From Polyangiaceae bacterium (GTDB taxonomy: Bacteria > Myxococcota_A > Polyangia > Polyangiales > Polyangiaceae): a stretch of DNA of 64,000 bases. The notes under the pieces were generated by a model. The model saw only the letters and a program-made list of their open reading frames with translations, searched no databases and was not told where the DNA came from. The position numbers and the translations under genes are program-made. The stretch spans positions 96,001 to 160,000 of the forward strand of contig JBILLK010000002.1 in the NCBI GenBank assembly GCA_044376115.1, written 5' to 3'. Numbering within the stretch: position 1 is the stretch's first letter; each line of letters begins with the position of its first letter. Shown here piece by piece: positions 36,182 to 45,401 of the stretch.

Positions 36182-37420
36182 GTGAGCGACTCGCAATTCG
36201 TCAAGGTTCCTCTGCCCACCCGCAACCTCGAGAACAGGGACACCACGCGGGCGTTTCCGCTGTACGTCGTTTGGGAGATCACCATGAAGTGTGATCAGCC
36301 CTGCCAGCACTGCGGTTCGCGCTCCGGGCGGGTACGGGAGTCGGAGCTTTCGACCGACGAGGCGATGGAGGTGGTTGCAGCGCTCGTGCGCATGGGCACC
36401 CGTGAGTGCACGTTGATCGGCGGAGAGGCGTATCTTCGTGATGATTGCGCCCAACTGATCGAGGCGCTCACCAAAGGCGGTATTCGCGTCAGCATGCAGA
36501 CGGGCGGCCGCGCTTTCACGGCGGAGCGAGCCGCCCGGTTCAAGGCCGCTGGGCTCGAGAGCCTTGGCGTCTCAATCGATGGCTTGGCCAAAGCCCACGA
36601 CCAATTGCGGGGCAACCTTGGCAGTTTCAGCGCCGCGTGGAAGGCGCTCATGGCGGCGCGTGACGCGGGGCTCATCATCTCCGCCAATACCCAGATCAAC
36701 AAAGTGAACCTCCCCGATCTCGAGGAGCTCGCGGCACGCTTTCGTCGGGAAGGCGTTCAGACTTGGCAATGCCAATTGACCGGTCCGCTCGGCAAAGCGG
36801 CCGATCAACCGGAGCGCATCATCGACCCGTGGCAGATCGTGGAGATCATGGATCGGTTGGCCGCCATTCAGTTGGAGGCAATGCGCGAGTATGAACAGGG
36901 AGGGCGTAAGGGCATCCCATTCAACGTCTTCGCCAACAACAACATCGGCTACTTCGGCCCGCACGAGAAGGTGCTGCGCTCGACGCCCTACGGCAAGGAG
37001 ACGCATTGGCGCGGCTGCGTCGCAGGAATCTACTCGCTCGGTATCGAGAGCAACGGCACGCTCAAGGCCTGCCCGACGTTGCCAACCGCGCCCTACAACG
37101 CTGGAAACATCCGCGACATGTCGCTCGAGGACGTTTGGCGCGGCTCAGAGATCATGCGCTTCGCGCGCGATCGCGGGACGGAGGAGCTTTGGGGTTTTTG
37201 CAAGACCTGCGACTACGGCGAGGTGTGCCAGGCAGGCTGCTCCTGGACGGCGCACTCCACGCTGGGCAAACGTGGCAACAACCCATTTTGCTACCACCGC
37301 GTGATTCAACTGCGAAAGAAGGGCATTCGCGAACGCCTGATACCGGTGGAGAAGGCGCCCGGCGTGCCCTTTGATTTTGGTCGCTTCGAGATCCGCGAAG
37401 AGCCGATCCCCAACGAGTAA
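36182..37420 (+). CDS. Radical SAM/SPASM peptide maturase, PlpX/splicease-like
   Basis: VWEITMKCDQPCQHCGSR (CxxxCxxC), IGGEAYLR, NNIGYFGP.E, W.GC.AG...GIESNG..KACPTL, LWGFCKTC...C.AGC.W..H...G..GNNPFC.HR. Start is GTG 36182 or ATG 36125. Confidence 0.88.
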   Translation: MSDSQFVKVPLPTRNLENRDTTRAFPLYVVWEITMKCDQPCQHCGSRSGRVRESELSTDEAMEVVAALVRMGTRECTLIGGEAYLRDDCAQLIEALTKGGIRVSMQTGGRAFTAERAARFKAAGLESLGVSIDGLAKAHDQLRGNLGSFSAAWKALMAARDAGLIISANTQINKVNLPDLEELAARFRREGVQTWQCQLTGPLGKAADQPERIIDPWQIVEIMDRLAAIQLEAMREYEQGGRKGIPFNVFANNNIGYFGPHEKVLRSTPYGKETHWRGCVAGIYSLGIESNGTLKACPTLPTAPYNAGNIRDMSLEDVWRGSEIMRFARDRGTEELWGFCKTCDYGEVCQAGCSWTAHSTLGKRGNNPFCYHRVIQLRKKGIRERLIPVEKAPGVPFDFGRFEIREEPIPNE

Positions 37421-37447
37421 CTACGAGTGAAAGCCTGCGCGAGCGTA

Positions 37448-37470
37448 GAGCCCCGAGCGAGTCGGGGCTC
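37448..37470. terminator. GC-rich hairpin between the convergent rSAM and precursor 2 genes
   Basis: GAGCCCCGA-GCGAG-TCGGGGCTC, perfect 9-bp stem; no clear U-tract. Confidence 0.55.
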
Positions 37471-37484
37471 CCGCGAGTTCTTCG

Positions 37485-37883
37485 TTAGGGCGCTCCGCCT
37501 GCGCCGCCCGCTCCGCCCGCTCCAGGTTCACCGCCACTCGAAGTGGGGCCGGCGCCGTAGGCTGAGGCCATCATGTTGCCGCCCGCTCCGCCTTCACCGC
37601 CACCGCTCGTGGTGGGGCCGGCACCGTAGGCCGAGGAGGTGTTGTCTCCTCCAGCACCGCCGCCGCCCGTCTCCCCCGTCGAGCTGCTACCTGAGTCCCC
37701 ACAACCGCTGACCAACGGCGAGGCCGTGGCGACGGCGAGGCCCATCAGCAACGAGGCTGCAGTGCGTTGCGCGGTTGTAGCGCCGCTGACGAGACTATGG
37801 CCGCACGAGGGGCAGGCCGAAGCCGTTTTCACGAGGAAGGTGTCGCAGTGAGGGCAGGAAGCAAGGGTACCTTGGTAGCGCAT
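37485..37883 (-). CDS. Putative splicease substrate 2 (paralog of 35684-36088)
   Basis: MRYQGTLASCPHC-x10-CPSC, lipobox VSGC, NTSSAYGAGPTT and NMMASAYGAGPTS. Confidence 0.8.
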   Translation of the reverse strand: MRYQGTLASCPHCDTFLVKTASACPSCGHSLVSGATTAQRTAASLLMGLAVATASPLVSGCGDSGSSSTGETGGGGAGGDNTSSAYGAGPTTSGGGEGGAGGNMMASAYGAGPTSSGGEPGAGGAGGAGGAP

Positions 37884-37889
37884 CCGCAC

Positions 37890-37918
37890 ATGGTCGGGAA
37901 AAGTTGCCGTTGCGTCAA
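37890..37918 (-). promoter_or_regulatory. Putative sigma70-type promoter of precursor 2 (possibly leaderless)
   Basis: TTGACG-N17-GACCAT-N6-ATG on the minus strand. Confidence 0.45.
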
Positions 37919-37968
37919 TGGATGTCGGCAGCCCTGGCGCCCGCTACCGCGCCGTGGTCGTCTTGGGC

Positions 37969-38850
37969 ATGGCCTTTCGTCCTTCGCTCGCGGTTGCCTG
38001 GTTGACTTTGCTTGGATGCTCCGCTGGTAGCTCGGACAACGGCAACTCCGCTGGCAGCGCTGCTGAGGGCGGATTCAGTGCGAGCGGAGGGAGCAGCGGT
38101 GAAACAGGCGGTCAGGGCGGAGGGTTTCTGACGACCGGCGGCGGCGGTGAAGGCGGCGCTGCGGAGGAGATCGCCGAGGTCTTCGGTCACACGGCCTCCG
38201 AGCTGTACCGTCTCGACCCGGAGACGAAAGCCGTCTCGCTGGTGAACACCTTCAGTGGCTGCAATACGGTAATCGACATCGCGCTCGACAAGGATTCGAC
38301 GCTCGTCGCGACGTCGGTGGACGGAGTCTACGAGGTGGACAAGTTAACTGCGGCCTGCACGTTGATCCAAACCGGCGACTATCCGAACTCACTATCGTTC
38401 ATTCCCGCCGGTACGCTCGACCCGAACGTGGAGGCTTTAGTTGGTTATCGCGGCGACGAATATGTGCGTATTGATCCGCAGACCGGTAGCATTCAGTCGA
38501 TTGGCTATCTTGGTGGAAACGGCCTCCTTTCGAGTGGAGACGTCGTTTCGGTCAAGGGTGGTAGTAGTTATTTGACCGTTACCGGCATTGACTGCCCGTC
38601 GGATTGTTTGGTCGAGATCAACCCAAGCACCGGAGCCATGATCACCAATTGGGGCCCGCTTGGTTACTCCGCCGTCTACGGCATCGCCTTCTGGGCGGGC
38701 AGCGTGTACGGCTTTGATGCTGCTGGTAACCTGTTCGAGGTCACGTTCACTGGCGGGGTGATGACGACCACGCTGATCGAACAGACCGGCACATCGTTCT
38801 ACGGAGCGGGCTCCACTACTTCGGCGCCGCCAGTGCCGGTGCCCAACTGA
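37969..38850 (+). CDS. Lipoprotein with a probable beta-propeller domain
   Basis: Lipobox LLGC, Gly linker, repeated (L/Y)xx(I/V)DPxT blades; C-terminus SFYGAGSTTSAP. Confidence 0.8.
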   Translation: MAFRPSLAVAWLTLLGCSAGSSDNGNSAGSAAEGGFSASGGSSGETGGQGGGFLTTGGGGEGGAAEEIAEVFGHTASELYRLDPETKAVSLVNTFSGCNTVIDIALDKDSTLVATSVDGVYEVDKLTAACTLIQTGDYPNSLSFIPAGTLDPNVEALVGYRGDEYVRIDPQTGSIQSIGYLGGNGLLSSGDVVSVKGGSSYLTVTGIDCPSDCLVEINPSTGAMITNWGPLGYSAVYGIAFWAGSVYGFDAAGNLFEVTFTGGVMTTTLIEQTGTSFYGAGSTTSAPPVPVPN

Positions 38851-39107
38851 GCCGGCTGCTCGGCGCTCTTGGCCTCAGCTAGCCGCACCCGGTGTGCCCT
38901 AACTTGCAACGCGATGCGATTGAGCGTGCCAACGCACGGGTCGCATGAAGAGCCGCAGCAGCTCGGCCAAGCCTCACGCGGGAGCTCCAACTGCTCGAGG
39001 ATGCTGAGCGCATAGTCCGCCGAAGTTCCGGCCTGTTTGAGCAGCCTTTGTGCGAGCTCGAGCTCGCTTTCCGCTGACGCGTGCGGGGGCTCTACTGAGG
39101 GGACCAT
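38799..39107 (-). CDS. Small protein with a CCGSxCxPCV motif (oxidoreductase-like N-terminal domain)
   Basis: WPSCCGSSCDPCV; overlaps the convergent gene by about 50 nt. Confidence 0.55.
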   Translation of the reverse strand: MVPSVEPPHASAESELELAQRLLKQAGTSADYALSILEQLELPREAWPSCCGSSCDPCVGTLNRIALQVRAHRVRLAEAKSAEQPAQLGTGTGGAEVVEPAP

Positions 39108-39166
39108 CGCTAAAGCATAACGGAAAATCCAGGAAAACTGCGGCTGGATGGACTAGTGAGGTATCC

Positions 39167-40921
39167 ATGGTCAAGCGAGCGTTTGGCGTATCGAGGGTTG
39201 CAGCTTTGATCGTGTTCTTGGGCTGTGCAGGCCAAGAAACTGCTGGGGTCGGCGGTAGCGCCGGAAGCGATGGACCAGGCGCGGGCGGCATGGGGGGCGC
39301 GGCCGGCAGTCCTGTTACCGGCGGGGGTCCAAGCTCTGGAGGCAGCGGCGGTATGAACGGTGGGGGTGGGGAGGGGGCCACGGGCGGTTCATCCGGCACC
39401 GGCGTCAGCTTGACGGACTACCCACTCGAGAGTGAACCCAACGGCTCTCTCGCTGAGGCCAACCCTGTTGCGGACGGAACACTCGGTTTTCAAGGCGGGC
39501 TCGACACGGCCTCCGACGTTGACGTGTACAGCATCGAAGGCACGGTCGGTGCGTCGCTGCTAGCTCGCTTGAGTGATGGCAACGCCGGCTGCCCTGACGG
39601 GGCGGATTTCACGCTCACCATTTACGATCCGAGCAACTTGGAAATCGCTACGGCAAGCTCCGGATGTCCGGTGCTCAACGGCCAAAGTGATTTGGACCTG
39701 GGCTCGCTCGCGTCAGCAGGTACCTATTTCGTCCGTGTCACCGCCAACTCAGCAGTGCCCTTCTATGTGCTCGATCTCGCGGTTGAGGCCGCAGAATGTG
39801 GCGACAACGTCGTCCAGCTCGGAGAAGAGTGTGATGACGGCGACCTCGTTGGTGGTGACGGTTGTGAAGCCGATTGCACCATCACGCCGGTGTGTGGCGA
39901 TGGGTCCATTCAGTCGGGGGAGGAGTGTGACGACAACAACACTGCCGCCAACGACGGTTGCGATGCGGCTTGTCAGCTCGAGGGCAACTTCTGCTCCGAA
40001 GGCAACGTCGCGAACGACGGGACGGCTACCGCAACATCGCTTGCAGGGTGCACTGGCGGAGTGGCCGTCATCGATCCGGCGGGGGACCAAGACTACTTCA
40101 GCTTCGAGGTCGGCCAAGCCGGGTCGAGCCTGCGCGCCGAGATCACCACGTTGGCGGGAGGCGCATGTCCGGCCGGCTTCGATAGCTTCTTGCGACTCTT
40201 CGACAGCAGCGGGATGGAACTCGGCTCCGACGACGATGACGGCTTCGACGCCTGTTCGCTGATCAAGCCGCAGGACGCCTTCGCACAGAATCTCGCGGTC
40301 GGGACCTACTTCTTGCGCGTGGAGGAGTACCTGAATGACGAGACGCAGAGCCTCTACGCGCTCAACGTGAACGTCTCCCAACCCGGTTGTGGTGATGGCG
40401 TTTTACAGGTCGGTGAAGCCTGTGACGACGGCAACATGGTTGACAGTGACGCCTGCACCAACGCCTGTACGCTCTTCAGCTGCGGAGCTGGGGAGACGCT
40501 CAGGTTCTATCAGGCCTCTGGCTTGCCGTTGGCGATCCCTGATGCGGGGCCAGCGATCACTTCGACGATCACGGTGCCCGACACGGGGCTCGTTAAGAAG
40601 CTCGGGGTCACCATCTCGATTCAGCACGATTTGACCGCTGATCTCGACATCAGTCTCGACGCTCCTGGCGCCGCTTCGATCGTGCTCTCGGACGATAACG
40701 GGTTCGGCTCTGACTACACCGGGACGACCTTCTCCTCGTCCGGCGTCACCGGCATCGCCTCCGGAGCGTCGCCGTTCAGCGGAGTGTTTGCTCCTGAGGG
40801 GTCGATGGCTACCATCCTCAATACGACCGTCAACGGCGCTTGGGTATTGTCGGTTGTTGACGATGCCGGCTCCGACACCGGCTCGCTGCTCAGCTACAGC
40901 ATCTCCGCCTGCGTGCAGTAG
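39167..40921 (+). CDS. Lipoprotein with PPC-like domains, myxococcus Cys-rich repeats and a proprotein convertase P-domain
   Basis: ESEPNG..D.D.Y modules, CGD..VQ.GE.CDDG repeats, IPD...I.H....DL.I.L...NGAW.L.V.D...DTG.L. Confidence 0.85.
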   Translation: MVKRAFGVSRVAALIVFLGCAGQETAGVGGSAGSDGPGAGGMGGAAGSPVTGGGPSSGGSGGMNGGGGEGATGGSSGTGVSLTDYPLESEPNGSLAEANPVADGTLGFQGGLDTASDVDVYSIEGTVGASLLARLSDGNAGCPDGADFTLTIYDPSNLEIATASSGCPVLNGQSDLDLGSLASAGTYFVRVTANSAVPFYVLDLAVEAAECGDNVVQLGEECDDGDLVGGDGCEADCTITPVCGDGSIQSGEECDDNNTAANDGCDAACQLEGNFCSEGNVANDGTATATSLAGCTGGVAVIDPAGDQDYFSFEVGQAGSSLRAEITTLAGGACPAGFDSFLRLFDSSGMELGSDDDDGFDACSLIKPQDAFAQNLAVGTYFLRVEEYLNDETQSLYALNVNVSQPGCGDGVLQVGEACDDGNMVDSDACTNACTLFSCGAGETLRFYQASGLPLAIPDAGPAITSTITVPDTGLVKKLGVTISIQHDLTADLDISLDAPGAASIVLSDDNGFGSDYTGTTFSSSGVTGIASGASPFSGVFAPEGSMATILNTTVNGAWVLSVVDDAGSDTGSLLSYSISACVQ

Positions 40922-40926
40922 CGCGG

Positions 40927-42303
40927 TCAGCCTTTGAAGCGATCCAATGCGCGATGCAGTTCTTCGCAAACGCGCGTTGGGTCGCTCCCAAGCGACACCG
41001 GAACGTTAGCGAAGTCGGAGGCGAATTCGAGCGTCCCTTCGTGATAGCGCTGCTTGAACTCGCTGAACTTGAGGCCGTGTGCGGTGGAGATCACGACCAC
41101 GCTCTGGTCACGAGTGATCACCCCTCGTGTCGCCAGCTTCTCTGCGCAGGCGAGCGCGACGGCCGTGTGCGGGCAGGTGTAGAGCCCGGTGCGGTCGGCT
41201 CGTGCTGCGGCGCTGGCGAGCTCGGCTTCCGTCGCTTGTTCGACGACCCCATCCGTACGCGCTAGCGCCGCTATTGCCTTGCTCAAGGACACGGGCGCGC
41301 CGATTTGGATGGCGGAGGCCAACGTCTTTTGCGCCTCGATCGGCGCATAGTCGGCCTCACTGAGCGGATGGTGCTGCTCGCTGGCCTTCGAGAATGCGCG
41401 GTACAGCGGGTTCGCTCGTTCGGCCTGACAGCAGGCGATGCGCGGAAGCCTTTCGATCAGGCCGAGCTCGAGTAGCTCGACGAAGCCCTTGGCGATGGCC
41501 GAGACGTTGCCGAGGTTACCGCCGGGTACCAAGACCCAGTCGGGCACACTCCACGTATGGTCTTGAGCAATCTCGTAGGACAGCGTCTTTTGCCCTTCGA
41601 TGCGCAAGCTATTCATCGAGTTGGCGAGGTAGATCGATGAGTCCTTTGTAAGTTCGGCCACCGCTCGCATGCAGCCGTCGAAGTCGGTGTCGAGCGCGGC
41701 GACCAACGCGCCGTGCGCGATCGGCTGGACTAGCTGCGCTGTTGAGATCTTCCCGCGTGGTAGCAGCACCACCACCGGGATGCCGGCGGCTGCACCATAA
41801 GCGGCCAGTGCGGCGGAGGTGTCTCCGGTCGAGGCGCAAGCGAGCGCACGGATGTTGGCTCCGCTTTGCACCATCGCATGAACCGTCGAAACAAGTACGG
41901 TCATGCCCAGGTCTTTGAAGGAGCCGGTGTGCGTAGTGCCACATTGTTTTACCGACAAACGCGGTAGCCCGATCATCTCGCCAAAACGCTTGGCCGGGAG
42001 GAGAGGCGCGTTGCCCTCGAATAGCGAGACGATGTGCTCTGGCCGCAAGTGGGGCTGAACCAGCTCCAGCTTGCTCCAAACGCCGCTTGAATAGGGGTGC
42101 GGCGAACGGGGCGAACGGCTATCGAAGAGGGCCTTCCACTCGGCGGGGCTTCGTGCAGCTTTGAGCGCCGCGCGATCGTGGACCACCTCCAACAAGCCGC
42201 CCGATCGAGACCGATACACGACGGAGCTTAGCGGATAGTGCTCGTTTGCATCGTCGAGCGCTTGGAAGCGCGCCGATAGCGTCGGCACATTCGTGGGCTC
42301 CAT
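40927..42303 (-). CDS. thrC: Threonine synthase
   Basis: HTGSFKDLGM (PLP Lys), CASTGDTSAALAAY, NSMNSLRIEGQKT, PGGNLGN, STAHGLKF. Confidence 0.95.
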   Translation of the reverse strand: MEPTNVPTLSARFQALDDANEHYPLSSVVYRSRSGGLLEVVHDRAALKAARSPAEWKALFDSRSPRSPHPYSSGVWSKLELVQPHLRPEHIVSLFEGNAPLLPAKRFGEMIGLPRLSVKQCGTTHTGSFKDLGMTVLVSTVHAMVQSGANIRALACASTGDTSAALAAYGAAAGIPVVVLLPRGKISTAQLVQPIAHGALVAALDTDFDGCMRAVAELTKDSSIYLANSMNSLRIEGQKTLSYEIAQDHTWSVPDWVLVPGGNLGNVSAIAKGFVELLELGLIERLPRIACCQAERANPLYRAFSKASEQHHPLSEADYAPIEAQKTLASAIQIGAPVSLSKAIAALARTDGVVEQATEAELASAAARADRTGLYTCPHTAVALACAEKLATRGVITRDQSVVVISTAHGLKFSEFKQRYHEGTLEFASDFANVPVSLGSDPTRVCEELHRALDRFKG

Positions 42304-42305
42304 CC

Positions 42306-44198
42306 TTAATTCCCCCCGAAGGCTGTTGCGATGAGGCCAGCGATCCCGAGCGCGAGCGCCGCCAAGCTCTCCCCAGCGATCAACCCGCCGCCGCCTAGCG
42401 AGGTCGTGCTCATATCTTCTGGAAGCTCTTCGCCTTGCGAGCTTGGCTTGGGCTTCTTGGCGGCCGCACGCTCGAGGTATTCGTTGTAGGCCGACCCAAG
42501 GATGCCGCCGCCGCCGAACCAAAGCGAGGTCGCGAGGTCGACGAAACCGCCAAAGCTCGAGGCGTAGGGGCTGGGGATCACGAGCGCGTCGATCACGAAG
42601 TCGACCGCTTTGGCGCCCTCCGATGAACTCTTCCAAACACGGTAGCTTGCGCTAGCCCGCAGCAGCTTGCGAAGGATCTCGGTCACCACGCCGATGGCGA
42701 GTCCGATCAGGAGCAAGCGGGTGCCGATGGGGTTAGGCTTGGTGATGCCCTGCAGCGCACCGACGAACTTGTAGGTCATCGCGCTCTGCCATTGATCCAC
42801 CTGCTGCTCGGGGTGCTCAAAGGTGTTAACCGCCAGCACCGGGTACGCGTCCATGAACACCTTGGTGATCGCCACGGCGCAAACGGCGCCCATGGTGATG
42901 CCGATTACTTGGTAGCGAAACTGCGTTATGCGATTCGACCCAAGGCGCCAGCCTGTCGAGCGGTCTTGCTGCATATCGCAACCCACGCTGCAGGCAATCA
43001 ACAGTACTGCGCCCGCAAGCAACCCTATGCCGGCATCCTTTAGTCCAAAGTTGAAGCCGAGCAGCGAGGGTACGACGGTCATGAGCAATACGCTGACGAC
43101 GAAAGCGCTCGAGATGGGGTTCGAGTCGCTGATACCCAGCGAGATGCCGTTGACCAGCACGAACAGGAACGAGAGCACGACCGCAAACAGCATGAAGTGC
43201 ACCGGTACATTCATTACGAAGTAGCCAACGAGCACCACGGCTAGCGCCCAAAAGCTGACCCAGGCGAGCAGCCGGCCCGTGCTCAGCGATTCGGGCTCTT
43301 CTTCCGCCTGACCCTCTTCATTGGTGCGATAGGAGTGCTGGTGGGCCGAAGGTTTCGCGCGTCGTTGCTCGCGAAAGCGCACCCAGGCAGCCCGGAGGAT
43401 CAGTGTGATGTCCACCGCTGCGGCGCCCATGATCGTACCGAGGGCAACCAAGAAGCCCACTTTGCGGAACGGATCATTGGCACCGAGATAGCCGGATTCT
43501 CGGAGCCACGGCGTGAGCGCTTCCCCCAAGCCACTCACCACGATTGCGGGGACCCCGATGCGGGCCCCCACCACCATGCCAGCTCCCAACGTCGAGGCAC
43601 TGAAGTGGATCTTTCCAAGGAAGCTAAAGGCCGCAACCTTCTCGGCTAGGAGCGAGCCAGAGAACCCGATACCAGCGCCGCCACCAAGGGTGCCGATACT
43701 GCGTTTGAGCAGCCGCTTGTCGGTTAGGGCACGCAGGATGTTGGCCACCGCGAGCCCCGAGGGGAAGGTGAGCTGCATGCGGTCCACGAGCATTGGCGTG
43801 TAGAGCATGCCGATGCCGACGCCGAACATGCCGATGCAGAGAAAATAGAGAATCAGCTGCCACATCGGTGGTTGCGGCAAGCCAAGCCAAACCATGGCTT
43901 GGGTGAGCACGCCCATCGCCGCCATGCTGGCAACCGACGCCGCCATGGTCTGCATGTAGTTGGCGCCGTGTTTGCCCTCCGGGCCGTAGCCGTAGGTGAC
44001 GACGCTGCCCAAGATCCCCGCGAGCACTTGGCCGCCGACGAAGAACCCGAGGCTGAAGTTCATGTATGCGGCGGTGATGCCGCCGAGCGGGCCCAAGATG
44101 AAGATCGCCACCGCAGCGAGCAGCAGGTGGTACTTCCAAGAACCAATCGCTGGGAGAAAGCCAGGAGTAGGGGAGGCTTGTTCGCTTGGGTGCGCCAT
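42306..44198 (-). CDS. OPT/YSL-family oligopeptide transporter
   Basis: Many TM helices; L.FPSGLAVA, SDSNP, DMQQDRSTGW.LG and GLIAGES motifs. Confidence 0.85.
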   Translation of the reverse strand: MAHPSEQASPTPGFLPAIGSWKYHLLLAAVAIFILGPLGGITAAYMNFSLGFFVGGQVLAGILGSVVTYGYGPEGKHGANYMQTMAASVASMAAMGVLTQAMVWLGLPQPPMWQLILYFLCIGMFGVGIGMLYTPMLVDRMQLTFPSGLAVANILRALTDKRLLKRSIGTLGGGAGIGFSGSLLAEKVAAFSFLGKIHFSASTLGAGMVVGARIGVPAIVVSGLGEALTPWLRESGYLGANDPFRKVGFLVALGTIMGAAAVDITLILRAAWVRFREQRRAKPSAHQHSYRTNEEGQAEEEPESLSTGRLLAWVSFWALAVVLVGYFVMNVPVHFMLFAVVLSFLFVLVNGISLGISDSNPISSAFVVSVLLMTVVPSLLGFNFGLKDAGIGLLAGAVLLIACSVGCDMQQDRSTGWRLGSNRITQFRYQVIGITMGAVCAVAITKVFMDAYPVLAVNTFEHPEQQVDQWQSAMTYKFVGALQGITKPNPIGTRLLLIGLAIGVVTEILRKLLRASASYRVWKSSSEGAKAVDFVIDALVIPSPYASSFGGFVDLATSLWFGGGGILGSAYNEYLERAAAKKPKPSSQGEELPEDMSTTSLGGGGLIAGESLAALALGIAGLIATAFGGN

Positions 44199-44275
44199 CG
44201 GTGCATGCAAAGTCACAGACTTCGACCAACGAAGCAATGCGGTTCCGGCGCGGCTGCCTTAGTCTGCAATCGGAA

Positions 44276-45391
44276 ATGAGGCTGCGCATTTGGACCCACC
44301 GAAGACCGACCTCGCGGGCGTTGGCTTTGTTCGGTTGGCTCGGTGCTGTGGCGTGCACGGTTAGCGGCCAAGATGCGCCGCGCAATCGCGCTGAAGCGAG
44401 CGTGGTCGAGGTTCCCAGCCCCACAGCTTCGCCCTCCGCGTCGACCGTCGTCTCCGCCAGCGCATCGGCCGCGGCTCCTGCAACGCCCGCGGAACCTTTC
44501 GTCGCGGCGGCGCGCGCCAGAGCGATGCTCTTCCCCGATGGAGTTCCGAGCGCGGCCGGTTGCGGCGCCGAACCGAGCGCGCCCAATCAGCCGGCAGACG
44601 CCTTCGTACGCTGTTTGATCGCCCACCGCTTCGCCGAACACGCGCCGGCGCAGGAGTTGGCCCTCTCGCTCTTCGATCGCGCGGGAGACGTCACTGCCAC
44701 CGAGCTTCCTTTCGTGATGGACGGCGGATTTCGCGGGGACATCCGTTTGGTCGGTGAGCTACCCGTCGGGCCGCACTTGAAGCACCTGCGCTGGGTCGAA
44801 AGCGCCAAGCGGGCGATGCTCGAGTTTGAGGCTGGGATCAGCAAGCACGCCACGTCGAAGCTCAACTATCGACAGGGCGGCGTGTTGTGGAAGTTCGCCC
44901 GAAGCGTTGGCCGCACCACCCCATCGGCCTACGCTGGAGGCTGGGAGATCGGCTACAACGTCGCGGGGTCGCTGCACGCGAGCGAGGTGGCCGTGCGCGA
45001 TACGATCTTCCACGAGATCTTCCACTTGAACGACCAAGAGCATGATGGCTGGTCGCGCCGCGTCTTGGGCCAGCTGGTGGACGGTATCGCCGAACGCTGC
45101 AAGTCGCGCTCGCTCTGCCTAAAGCCTTTTGCTCCGGGCAAAACCATGGTTCGCGGCGGAACGTATTACGCTTTTCAACCTGACAACGGCGACATCGCGC
45201 ACGAGTACGCAGCTGAACTGGCAACGCGCTACTTCGTTGAGCAGCTGACCATGCTTCGCGGTGAGACCTTGGCCGAGGCTCCCTTCAAGTGCGCCGCACC
45301 GGAGAACGCGGAGGCGATGAAAAGCTTGGCTCAAGAGTTTTTCGGTGGTGTGGATCGAACTCCGACTTGCGGAGCGCAGCCGCAACGATGA
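44276..45391 (+). CDS. Lipoprotein with HEXXH motif (putative zincin metallopeptidase)
   Basis: Lipobox AVAC; IFHEIFH with a downstream HEYAAE. Confidence 0.65.
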   Translation: MRLRIWTHRRPTSRALALFGWLGAVACTVSGQDAPRNRAEASVVEVPSPTASPSASTVVSASASAAAPATPAEPFVAAARARAMLFPDGVPSAAGCGAEPSAPNQPADAFVRCLIAHRFAEHAPAQELALSLFDRAGDVTATELPFVMDGGFRGDIRLVGELPVGPHLKHLRWVESAKRAMLEFEAGISKHATSKLNYRQGGVLWKFARSVGRTTPSAYAGGWEIGYNVAGSLHASEVAVRDTIFHEIFHLNDQEHDGWSRRVLGQLVDGIAERCKSRSLCLKPFAPGKTMVRGGTYYAFQPDNGDIAHEYAAELATRYFVEQLTMLRGETLAEAPFKCAAPENAEAMKSLAQEFFGGVDRTPTCGAQPQR

Positions 45392-45401
45392 AAGAGCAGC
45401 G

